DNA of 64,000 nucleotides from an uncultured bacterium (GTDB lineage: Bacteria; Omnitrophota; Omnitrophia; Omnitrophales; Abzuiibacteriaceae). Shown piece by piece: positions 55,719 to 64,000 of this stretch (positions are counted from its first letter, which is position 1; each line of letters begins with the position of its first letter). Both the position numbers and the translations under genes were made by a program. The DNA is taken from contig CAYLXA010000008.1 in the NCBI GenBank assembly GCA_964387845.1, forward strand, positions 32,001 to 96,000. Reading direction: 5' to 3'. A model generated the notes under the pieces. It was not told the DNA's origin, did not search any database, and saw nothing but the letters and a program-made list of their open reading frames with translations.

Positions 55719-57027
55719 ATTCAAAACCCAATCCCTGCCGTTGAATCCAGCGCGCAATGGCAATCAGCGCATCGCGTTGTGCGTCCAAATACGCCTTTCG
55801 CGCGCTTGATAATTCGTCTTCAATTTGATTCCAATCCTCAAACAGTTCCGTGCCGCTGGCATATTGCGCAGATGAAACTTCGGCGCGGAGCATTGCGGCG
55901 TCCAGGAATAATTTTCGCACATCGACTTGCGCAATTGCATCAATTGCCCGCGCCCATTGATCTTCAATATTGATTACTACGTCATTGAAAGCGCCTTGCT
56001 CATCATCAATCGCTTTCTCGTAATCTGCTTTTGCCTTGGAAAGTGCAAATACTTTTTCGCCGCCTTCAAATAGCGGCTGCCGGACAGTTGCCAAGATGCT
56101 CCACGAATGCCCATTGACGGCACGCCAACGGTCGGGTGCGCTGAGTTGCTGTGAGACCGACAAATCCAGAGTCGGGAAAAATTCCGCCCACTTGCTGACA
56201 ACAGTCCAGCGTTCGGATTTGCGGCTTGCCGCTGCTTGAAGCAAGCCCGGGTGTTTGGCGGCTAACTCATCCGGTTTAATTTCATCTTCGATTGGCTTGA
56301 TGTCAAAATTGCCTTGCGCGACAAGCGGCGTGAATTCCCGGCGCCCGAGTGTTTGATTCAGTCTCCGCTGATTCACCCGGAGCCCGCGTTTGGCTTGTTC
56401 GATTTCAAATTTGGCCTGTGCAAGATTGGCTTGCGCGCGAAGCAAGGCGCCACGGTTTTCGCGGCCGCCTTGATAGCGCAAATCAACCAAGTTCACGTTG
56501 ATTTGCCGCCGCTCGGCGATTTCTTCCGTGATTTGGATTAATCTCTGAGTCCGCAGCAATTCTACAAAGTTTGACCTTAATTCAAGCAGAATATCCGCGG
56601 AGGCTGCCGCATAAAATTGCCGCGCCGCTTCCAAAAGCTGTGATTGCGATAAAATATTGGCCGGCGTTTTAAAGGAATCAAAAATGAGCTGGCTTCCCGA
56701 GAGTTCGTAATCAGTGTCGTAGGTATGTTTGACATGTGGTGTCTTTGCGACCGTGTTGTCCATATTGACGGAAACCTGGGGCAGGTAAGCGCTGATAGCT
56801 CCTCGCTTATCCGCAAGCGCCGATTTGATACTTTCCCGGGCGGCGTTCAGATCAGGGTTATTGTTGTAAGTCTCAAGCAAGCACTCATCCAAGGTCAGAG
56901 ACCATTTTGCCGTAATCTGAGCTTCCTGTGCGGCCAATGGATTGGAGAATGACAATACAAATGCAATAGCCGACAAAACAGGCAAAACATGGAAGGAGTT
57001 CGATTTAACTATCTGCAAAAGCTTCAT
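55699..57027 (-). CDS. TolC-family outer-membrane efflux protein
   Basis: Signal peptide plus two OEP repeats with coiled-coil alpha-hairpins; it is the first gene of the tolC-macA-macB operon. Confidence 0.8.
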   Translation of the reverse strand: MKLLQIVKSNSFHVLPVLSAIAFVLSFSNPLAAQEAQITAKWSLTLDECLLETYNNNPDLNAARESIKSALADKRGAISAYLPQVSVNMDNTVAKTPHVKHTYDTDYELSGSQLIFDSFKTPANILSQSQLLEAARQFYAAASADILLELRSNFVELLRTQRLIQITEEIAERRQINVNLVDLRYQGGRENRGALLRAQANLAQAKFEIEQAKRGLRVNQRRLNQTLGRREFTPLVAQGNFDIKPIEDEIKPDELAAKHPGLLQAAASRKSERWTVVSKWAEFFPTLDLSVSQQLSAPDRWRAVNGHSWSILATVRQPLFEGGEKVFALSKAKADYEKAIDDEQGAFNDVVINIEDQWARAIDAIAQVDVRKLFLDAAMLRAEVSSAQYASGTELFEDWNQIEDELSSARKAYLDAQRDALIAIARWIQRQGLGFEYGFRQS

Positions 57028-57141
57028 AGGTCACTTTTATCGGCCAATTTTATCAGTTTACTAACCAGATAAGAAGCGTAAAGTTAATCTCATGGTTAGG
57101 CTGATTAAGACGATAATGAATGGAGCAAGGTTTAAAAGAAA

Positions 57142-57354
57142 ATGGATTCAGAAACACTAATTAAATTACTAGCAGTATTCGGTGTGAGCGGGCTCTGCAC
57201 GCTGGTCGTTTATTGTGCGACAGCGCTGCCCGGCCTGGCTTCGGAGGATCATCCCAACAAGATGCGCACTTATCTTATCGTTACCGTGATGGTTGCTTTT
57301 ATTGTTTTAAGCTTCCTTGGTATTTTCTTCCTGGTTAAATACAAGCCGGAATAA
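57142..57354 (+). CDS. small hypothetical membrane protein (2 TM, 70 aa)
   Basis: ORF with two hydrophobic helices; no recognisable homology. Confidence 0.4.
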   Translation: MDSETLIKLLAVFGVSGLCTLVVYCATALPGLASEDHPNKMRTYLIVTVMVAFIVLSFLGIFFLVKYKPE

Positions 57355-57401
57355 AACCTGCCTAGACCCCAGTTTCAGTTTGCGTTATAATCGCCATCCC
57401 T

Positions 57402-58631
57402 ATGAAGATCGAAAAATCCGATAAACATATCCGCACCAGTATGGGCTTCCGGGATGAAGTACTTCCGGTCCTGAATGAAGCCTACGCAAGTCCTTTAATT
57501 GAAAGGATTAAGGAAAATAACTATCAGTTAAAAGCGGGCAATATTTTGATTTGCCTGGCAGTCGAATTCGGCTTTTGCTACGGCGTTGACCGGGCCGTCA
57601 TTTTGGCCTACGAAACCCGCAAAAAATTCCCCAATAAGCGCATTTTTCTGACTTCTGAAATCATCCACAATCCGCAGGTCAATTCCAAACTGAAAGAGAA
57701 GGGAATCTATTTTCTGTCTGATCCGGAATGGAAAGACCAGGGTTATGACGCCATCCAAGCGGAAGATGTCGTGATTATTCCGGCCTTTGGAACCACAACG
57801 GAAGATTTATTGAAGCTTCAAAATAAAGGTGCCACACTCGTGGATACAACCTGCGGTTCCGTGATGAATGTATGGAAGCGGGTTGATAGTTACGGCCGCG
57901 ACGGATTTACATCTGTGATTCACGGTAAATATGACCACGAAGAAACGCGCGCTACCAGTTCGCGTGCGACGGAATTTCCGAACGGGCACTTTTTGATTGT
58001 TCGCGATTTAGAGCAGGCGAAGGTCGTTTGCGATTTTATCCGAGGGGAAATTTCAAAATCCGATTTCATTGCAAACTTCAAGTCCGAAGCCATGTCCGAA
58101 GGATTTGACCCCGGGCGCGATCTTGAAAAAGTCGGCTGCGCGAATCAGACGACGATGCTTTCCAGTGAATCGATTGAAATCGCGGACATGATTCAAGAAG
58201 CCATGAAGGAACGCTACGGCCCGGAAGCGCATAAACACTTCCGCCATTTTGATACGATTTGCAGCGCGACGCAGGACCGGCAGGATGCAATTATTAAATT
58301 GGTCCGGAATGGGATCGATTTGGCGCTGGTGATCGGTGGCTACAATTCATCGAATACCGGGCATTTGGTCGAAATTGCTTCTGAATTCTGTCCGGCCTTT
58401 CATATTAATGATGCTTCAGAGATTCTCTCTAAGACCGAAATACGGCATCAGCCGGCATTTAAGAAGGAAACCGTCATAAAAAAAGAGTGGCTTCCGGATA
58501 GGCCATTGAAAATCGGCGTGACTGCAGGCGCCTCGACGCCGAACCGTGTAATAGAAGACGTGATTTGCCGGATTTTGGAAGTCACCGGTAATCTTCCAGA
58601 AGATTTACATCCCCTCCTTAAGTCAGTGTAA
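57402..58631 (+). CDS. ispH: 4-hydroxy-3-methylbut-2-enyl diphosphate reductase IspH (long form, 409 aa)
   Basis: GFCYGVDRAV, IIHNPQV and three conserved Cys; N- and C-terminal extensions relative to the ~310-aa E. coli enzyme. Confidence 0.8.
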   Translation: MKIEKSDKHIRTSMGFRDEVLPVLNEAYASPLIERIKENNYQLKAGNILICLAVEFGFCYGVDRAVILAYETRKKFPNKRIFLTSEIIHNPQVNSKLKEKGIYFLSDPEWKDQGYDAIQAEDVVIIPAFGTTTEDLLKLQNKGATLVDTTCGSVMNVWKRVDSYGRDGFTSVIHGKYDHEETRATSSRATEFPNGHFLIVRDLEQAKVVCDFIRGEISKSDFIANFKSEAMSEGFDPGRDLEKVGCANQTTMLSSESIEIADMIQEAMKERYGPEAHKHFRHFDTICSATQDRQDAIIKLVRNGIDLALVIGGYNSSNTGHLVEIASEFCPAFHINDASEILSKTEIRHQPAFKKETVIKKEWLPDRPLKIGVTAGASTPNRVIEDVICRILEVTGNLPEDLHPLLKSV

Positions 58632-58812
58632 AGGATGCGTAAAAAATTAATTGACAGTGTTTTGAGGATTGAATATCATCGCCTCACTGGGGGAGGCCCA
58701 GCCAAAGCAATTCTCGCTTCATTCATTAAAATTAAATAATAATTTGAAATATTTATTTTTTAAATTAAATCAAACAAAAGCCAAATCAATCATCTCAAGC
58801 GGAGAAAAACCA

Positions 58813-59364
58813 ATGAGACAAAAATTTCTGGCCTTACTGCCGGTGTTGACGCTTGCTTTTGCGTTTTCAATGCCGTCAGCATTGCATGCCGAAGATTCCT
58901 ACATTGATCAATTAGCACGCCAAGTTCAGCAAGACATCCAATCCGGCGCCATTAAAGACAAAGTTAAGCCGGTGGACACTACCACGCAGACAACTCCGCC
59001 TGCGCAGCCGCAAACACCTCCACGGAGCCAATATGACCGTGAGTTAGATCAGCTTCATCTTGCAAGGTTTTTCGGAACTATCTTAGGTCCGGATGAATTT
59101 TCAAAGGATGAATTTTGGGAAGGACCGGATGATGAATCGGGCGACTATATGTTTGGCGATAGCTTGATCAATGTAACGCACATTGATTATCTTGGTACCG
59201 GCAATGGCCGTGTCATCGGTTCCGACACAGACTATGCAAGGCCTTGGAGTGTTAATGATAATATTCTTCGCGATGCTATTAATAGCAATGATTTTTCTAC
59301 CCTAAGCCAGCGTCTTATTGAGTTGGGGTATCGCACTGGCGAGTTCAGGATTGAGGCTCAGTGA
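58813..59364 (+). CDS. secreted hypothetical protein (183 aa)
   Basis: Start at ATG 58813 (MRQKFLALLPVLTLAFAFSMPSALHA); the upstream in-frame extension lacks an RBS. Stop overlaps the next ORF. Confidence 0.5.
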   Translation: MRQKFLALLPVLTLAFAFSMPSALHAEDSYIDQLARQVQQDIQSGAIKDKVKPVDTTTQTTPPAQPQTPPRSQYDRELDQLHLARFFGTILGPDEFSKDEFWEGPDDESGDYMFGDSLINVTHIDYLGTGNGRVIGSDTDYARPWSVNDNILRDAINSNDFSTLSQRLIELGYRTGEFRIEAQ

Positions 59365-59411
59365 TCATCATGCGTAAATCACAGCTCATAAAATCAAAGG
59401 GACCTGTCACC

Positions 59412-60743
59412 ATGGATAAAAAAATCATAAAATTGCTTGTTCTTCATTTGGTAATGGCGCTTGCATTCAGCGCCGTTCCGTTTACGCCGGCCTATGCTTC
59501 TGATGGCGTTAGTGCTGCCGCCGGTTTTGCGGATGATATTTTAAACGGGCTCGAAAACCTCGTCCACAAGAGCGGGTTGATCGATCTCAAGTATAAGATT
59601 AAAGAACAATACGGTTTGCTGGTAAAGCCGTTCTTGAAAACGGGTTATGACTATTCTTCTAACGTTTTCAAAGCCAACAGCGTGAATTCAGCCGGTGATA
59701 ATATTTGGACCGTCACGCCGGGCGTTCAGTTCAAGTACAAGAATGAACAAGCCACTATCGGTGGTGCCTATGAAGCGCCTTTCCGCTGGCTGGCGAATTA
59801 TTCCGAACAAAATACACAGACACAGCGTTTCATGGTGTATGCCAATTTAGAGCCTTCCGATGATTTTTACATCAACATCGGCGAGCGCTTTGCGTCGGAA
59901 GAATCGATCTCTGGCTCTTCAACGTCAGAGCCGGTTGCTTTCTTGGACAATACTGTGAACGTTACTTTAGGATACCGCGCTGACGAGGATTACACCTACG
60001 AAGTTGGTTATGAATTGTTTGACCGCAACTTCCGTTCCACAGCAGCGGATATCTATAGCTATTCTGTTAACAAATTCTCACCCCGAGTTTACCGCAAAGT
60101 TGAAGGCGGCAAAGTGTATACGGGCGTTGATGTCGGTATTGTGAATTTCAACAAAACCGATAGCCGCGATACCGTTTACACCGAAATTCCGGTGGGCTAT
60201 CAAGGCGAACTTCCGTTTTGGGGTTTGATCGGCGATGTGAAGGTTGGTTATCATAATCGCAGTCTCCAAGGCCACGCAGGGCGCAATGACTGGAGAAACA
60301 TTGTTACCAATCTTGCGGTTCAAAAACGCCTGAATGGCGACAAAACCGTTGTGTCGGCTGGTTTCACGCGTCAACCGGTTGAGTCCAGCTTTGCAACTGC
60401 CACGACCTATGACGAGAAGTCATTTTTTGGTTCCGTGAAGCATTTAATCACGCCAAAACTCAGAGGCCGCGCTTCGGTGCGTTTTGCCAATGAGGATTAT
60501 TATGACGGAACGGCAGTTGGCAGCCGCATAGCGGTTGCAGGCACGAATGTTATTATTGTTGTTCCGGGTGGCATTGTGAAAAGAGACGATGATGTATTCA
60601 ACTATAATCTCGGCCTCGATTACAATGTCCGCAAATGGCTGATATTGCACGCGGATTATCAGTTTACGCGCCGCAATTCTAACATTTCAGCTTTGGATTA
60701 TACGGACAACACAATTTCACTCGGCAGCACCATCCCGCTCTAA
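59412..60743 (+). CDS. putative outer-membrane beta-barrel protein
   Basis: Signal peptide (MDKKIIKLLVLHLVMALAFSAVPFTPAYA) and alternating amphipathic beta-strand pattern (YxYxVxY...). Start at ATG 59412 with AAGGGA 8 nt upstream. Confidence 0.5.
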   Translation: MDKKIIKLLVLHLVMALAFSAVPFTPAYASDGVSAAAGFADDILNGLENLVHKSGLIDLKYKIKEQYGLLVKPFLKTGYDYSSNVFKANSVNSAGDNIWTVTPGVQFKYKNEQATIGGAYEAPFRWLANYSEQNTQTQRFMVYANLEPSDDFYINIGERFASEESISGSSTSEPVAFLDNTVNVTLGYRADEDYTYEVGYELFDRNFRSTAADIYSYSVNKFSPRVYRKVEGGKVYTGVDVGIVNFNKTDSRDTVYTEIPVGYQGELPFWGLIGDVKVGYHNRSLQGHAGRNDWRNIVTNLAVQKRLNGDKTVVSAGFTRQPVESSFATATTYDEKSFFGSVKHLITPKLRGRASVRFANEDYYDGTAVGSRIAVAGTNVIIVVPGGIVKRDDDVFNYNLGLDYNVRKWLILHADYQFTRRNSNISALDYTDNTISLGSTIPL

Positions 60744-60774
60744 AGAAATAAAGCGGTTTCTGAGAATCAAATAC

Positions 60775-60812
60775 AAAACGGGACAGCTTTTAAGCTGTCC
60801 CGTTTTGTATTT
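60775..60812 (+). terminator. rho-independent terminator
   Basis: aaaacgggacagc-ttttaa-gctgtcccgtttt + gtattt. Confidence 0.75.
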
Positions 60813-60957
60813 GACCCTTCTGTGTAGGTTCTAGCAATTCAGATTCTGATATGAAAGGTTACAATATTAGGTCGATAAATATATATAATCGGTATATTCA
60901 ATTTAGAATATCAATGTAAGTCTTTTATTTATAATACTTTATGTATTTATATTTCAT

Positions 60958-60986
60958 TTGAACAAACGAGATTAAAGTGCTAAGAT
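60958..60986 (+). promoter_or_regulatory. putative sigma70 promoter TTGAAC-17-TAAGAT in a 190-nt AT-rich tract
   Basis: catttgaacaaacgagattaaagtgctaagat lies 15 nt upstream of ATG 61001. Confidence 0.35.
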
Positions 60987-61000
60987 TCGATCACGGTTAA

Positions 61001-64000
61001 ATGAAAGTTATGCAAGGCCAAAAATATACCGCTCACCTTAAATTTGTTTCCTTATTCTTAATTATCACACTTCTTTTAAACTCAGTTGCTTGGGCAGATC
61101 CGCCGAACGCTCATTTCTCGAAACTACCGCCCCATGTTTCGGTTTCTCATGTTAGTGAACCGATTCAACTCCGCGATTTAAATGTCCTCGTTGATTACTT
61201 GACCGCCGACTTAAAGAACGAAGTTAAAATTGATATATCCAAAGAAACAGGAATCATTCGATCTATTTTACGACATGATTCGCATTCTAGCCCTTTTGAT
61301 TTTGATGTTGTTTTAATTCAGGATGCGCATGTCGATAACGAAGCGCAAACCAATATTCGACAAATTCTTCATTCTTTGTCAAAACAGATCGACCAACCGT
61401 TACTTATTGCGTTGGAGGGTACGAGCGGAAATTTAGAACCGAATATATTAAATTTCTTTCCGGACTATCCAAAAATCAATTCAATAATTGTGGAGGACTT
61501 GGAAAAGAGGGGAGAGCTGACAGGCGCTGAACGCTTCGCGTTTGAAAATCAACGGAATAAAACGCTTCTGGAATTTTGGGGGGCCGAAAACATTGATCAA
61601 TACAAACAAAACCTTTCCGAATTTCGAGACGCTCTTCGGTTTTTTATAAATCATACCTCAGAACTCGAGCAAGCTGAGAGCCGGCTTGCCGGATTTCGCA
61701 AGCAAATTTTGAATCCTGAATTATGGTTCTTCCTAGAAAAGAGGGATGCTTTTTTAAAGGAAGAAGTTGATTTAGCTGCTTATCTTACTTTTCTTCAGAG
61801 TGAGGCGATTCAGCATATAAAGCTTAATTTAGCCGATATTAAGCACCAATTTGATTTTCCAAATCTGGTTCGCTTTTCAAAACTTAAATACGAGGAAAAT
61901 AAATTAAATCCTGAAAAGGCTTTGGAAGAATGCAGCAAACTTCTCTCTCTCGTTCAGAAGGAAATACCGAAAGGAAAAATTCAAAGTTATCTAACAGAAC
62001 ATCTCTGGCATCTTTCAAGAGATGTTTCTTTGCAACTGCCACAAAGTTCTCATCAAAATTTTTTTACTTCTGACCGACCTGTTATTACAGAAAAATCGCC
62101 GAACGTACGAGAGTTGTTTGAAATACTTCACGCTTCTTCGTTTATCTACAAATTTTCATTAGTACCGTTTCGAAACCTCATCCGTCTCGGACGTTTTTTG
62201 GCATTTCAATCGGAAATTGATGCCGCATCATTTTTTCAGGAGGTCCGTAAATTAGAAAGTTTGATCATTCGACGATTGGCCAAAACGCGCGAAGAGAAAA
62301 GACTTTTAGCTGCTGTGACTCGATGGAATTTGGTAAAAAAACTTTATGCACTTGAACTCAGTCGTTCGGAATTTTTGGATTATCAAAAATCGAAGCCACG
62401 GATATTAAAAACAATCTTGCGCTTTTTCCCCGCGCTTCCGGCGCCTGCACTTTCAGAAAAATTCTACGATGGAGCATTAAAGCGCGACCATGTTCTTGTC
62501 CAAAACGCGCTTAATCATGCGGCCGGACGGCCCGTCATCATGGTAGCGGGCGGGTTTCATGCTGACGGAATCGAATCTTATCTTCAAGACAACAATTTAT
62601 CGTACGCAACCATTTCTCCGTCTATCAAAAACCCGAGCAAAGACCGCGAATCCTATTTTAAAACCTTTCAAGACGAAAACATCTCCTTTATTGTGGATAT
62701 GCTGCGCACGAGCAATCCCGGCTTTTTTCGATCTGTCCGCGGCGAAAGACAATTCAATCTATTCGCTTTGGCAATTAGAAATCAGGAGGCCAATTTAGTT
62801 CGCATTTATTCTTTGACCCCCGAACAAGCGCGCTCGGAAATCAGGCAGGCGCTGGATCGGTGGCGTTTTCAATCCAGATCGGAATTGCGGCAAGACAGAA
62901 GTACCATTGTTACACCTGATAAAATCGAATCAAATTTTTCCAACAGTTCAGCAAGTCGCGCTCGAGAAACGATCATTCCTCAAAGAATTCATCCCGGCAC
63001 AATTGAAAAAATGCAAATTCCGTGGAGTTACAAATTAAGTCCAAAGTATTTTTGGAATTATCACAAAGCTTTAAGCCTGTCGGGCCTGGTTGTTTTTGGC
63101 CTGCTTTTATTTACAGCCGTAACCGGAAGAATTTTAGAACCGTTTACTGTTTTTTACTCCACGGTTTTTGCAGGCCTTTTAATGGCTCAAGCGGCCCGGT
63201 TTATCAAGAACCTCCTGATTCCTCCGGCGCATTATGTCATGCGAGATGACGGTGTCGCATTATTAGATACTCATAACATAGAAATATTAAATCAAATCGT
63301 CTATCAATCCGAGATTCCATCCGCGATTTACATTGCCGTTGAAGATCAATTTGAAGGCAAAGATGAGAAAAGGCCGAATTATGAGGCCGTAAAAGCCTAT
63401 GTTGAATTTCGCCAGGGATCATCACAGGGGTTTCGAAAAGTGAAAATCATTCCGCTCAGTAGATTGGGGCGGTTGTATTACACAAACCTTTACAATCAAA
63501 ATCAAACCGGTGTGAAAAACATCATTTCAAGAAGTTTTCTCTTTGTGTGGAAATGGAAATTGTGGATATGGATGCCTTTACTGCTTCCGGTTTGGTTGGC
63601 CGCAAATTTTCTCACGTTTGGTTATCTCAATCACGATTCTTTAATTCATTTTTACGGCGTAAAACCATTGCAAGGATGGGTAAGCTTGACGGATGTATCC
63701 GAATGGCTTCTGCATCTCAAATGGAGTTTTCTGCATCGAATCGAAATTCTCTTGTTCCTGGCGAATGATTGGTTTAACAACACAAACAGCCTGTCCCCAT
63801 GGTTTCAAACTATCGTATCGAATATTTTAACCAATCTAAGCGCCAAGTTATTTTCGTTATCAGAAACGCCGGGGTTATTCAGCTTGTACGCGGCAAAAGA
63901 AAAGGCAACAGACTACATTGCCTGGACTACGGTGATGGAGTCACTGACGTTTATCAGTTTTTTAGGTTTGGTAACGTTGGCGATGCTTTGGCTCCATTGG
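61001..64000 (+). CDS. large secreted/membrane protein, >=1000 aa, 3' end beyond window; absent from the ORF track (no in-window stop); carries an RSELRQ motif
   Basis: Hand translation of the frame starting at 61001 gives no stop codon through 64000. N-terminus MKVMQGQKYTAHLKFVSLFLIITLLLNSVAWADPP (signal peptide). It contains ...FQSRSELRQDRS... at ~62873..62890 and TM helices after ~63060. Confidence 0.7.
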   Translation, partial: MKVMQGQKYTAHLKFVSLFLIITLLLNSVAWADPPNAHFSKLPPHVSVSHVSEPIQLRDLNVLVDYLTADLKNEVKIDISKETGIIRSILRHDSHSSPFDFDVVLIQDAHVDNEAQTNIRQILHSLSKQIDQPLLIALEGTSGNLEPNILNFFPDYPKINSIIVEDLEKRGELTGAERFAFENQRNKTLLEFWGAENIDQYKQNLSEFRDALRFFINHTSELEQAESRLAGFRKQILNPELWFFLEKRDAFLKEEVDLAAYLTFLQSEAIQHIKLNLADIKHQFDFPNLVRFSKLKYEENKLNPEKALEECSKLLSLVQKEIPKGKIQSYLTEHLWHLSRDVSLQLPQSSHQNFFTSDRPVITEKSPNVRELFEILHASSFIYKFSLVPFRNLIRLGRFLAFQSEIDAASFFQEVRKLESLIIRRLAKTREEKRLLAAVTRWNLVKKLYALELSRSEFLDYQKSKPRILKTILRFFPALPAPALSEKFYDGALKRDHVLVQNALNHAAGRPVIMVAGGFHADGIESYLQDNNLSYATISPSIKNPSKDRESYFKTFQDENISFIVDMLRTSNPGFFRSVRGERQFNLFALAIRNQEANLVRIYSLTPEQARSEIRQALDRWRFQSRSELRQDRSTIVTPDKIESNFSNSSASRARETIIPQRIHPGTIEKMQIPWSYKLSPKYFWNYHKALSLSGLVVFGLLLFTAVTGRILEPFTVFYSTVFAGLLMAQAARFIKNLLIPPAHYVMRDDGVALLDTHNIEILNQIVYQSEIPSAIYIAVEDQFEGKDEKRPNYEAVKAYVEFRQGSSQGFRKVKIIPLSRLGRLYYTNLYNQNQTGVKNIISRSFLFVWKWKLWIWMPLLLPVWLAANFLTFGYLNHDSLIHFYGVKPLQGWVSLTDVSEWLLHLKWSFLHRIEILLFLANDWFNNTNSLSPWFQTIVSNILTNLSAKLFSLSETPGLFSLYAAKEKATDYIAWTTVMESLTFISFLGLVTLAMLWLHW

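Noticed and set aside
62559-63768. Track ORFs 62559..62798, 63022..63249, 63237..63425(-), 63547..63768
   Set aside because: They are short alternative-frame or antisense ORFs inside the long uninterrupted frame beginning at 61001, which has a signal peptide and coherent sequence.
1-64000. Prophage, integrase/transposase genes, rRNA or tRNA genes
   Set aside because: No integrase, transposase, phage structural or rRNA/tRNA-like sequences were recognised. The only mobile-type content is the GIY-YIG mini-element and the small palindromic/MITE-like repeats.

Overview
This 64 kb window comes from a moderate-GC (~45-48%) diderm bacterium; the order-level identity cannot be fixed from sequence alone. 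Most of it is ordinary chromosome, nearly all on the + strand. The housekeeping genes are: a ydbH-ynbE-ydbL-like envelope operon; a run of inner-membrane transporters (AI-2E, APC, MarC, TauE, TerC, BI-1, CstA); the LemA / M48 protease / YceI block; fchA-folD; panB; a heme cluster (ccsA-like hemX, hemA, hemC, cobA/hemD fusion, hemB); a five-gene two-component cluster; acs; hemL; a tolC-macA-macB efflux operon on the - strand; and ispH. There are three unusual parts. (1) A 5181-aa single ORF (35716..51261) sits between acs and hemL behind a near-consensus sigma70 promoter. It encodes a signal-peptide/multi-TM megaprotein carrying two class-I methyltransferase folds, an M23 peptidase, a protein-L-isoaspartate O-methyltransferase domain, a triple HTH block and beta-repeats. 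About 18 copies of a short peptide motif [RK][SGA]EL[RK] ('RSELR') are scattered through its linkers, and the motif recurs in a second large secreted protein (61001..>64000) that the ORF track omits because its stop lies beyond the window. (2) A cassette of secreted beta-propeller (SBBP-like) and beta-helix proteins at 3.6-9.5 kb has conserved 5' leaders (covarying hairpin plus a tiny uORF) and repeated terminator hairpins. (3) Several small repeat/mobile elements are present: a GIY-YIG mini-element with 25-bp inverted repeats inserted between folD and panB, plus a gene-less solo copy; in-frame RPE-like palindromes inside a histidine kinase and MacB; and a MITE-like 254-bp structured element. 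No rRNA, tRNA or CRISPR was recognised.
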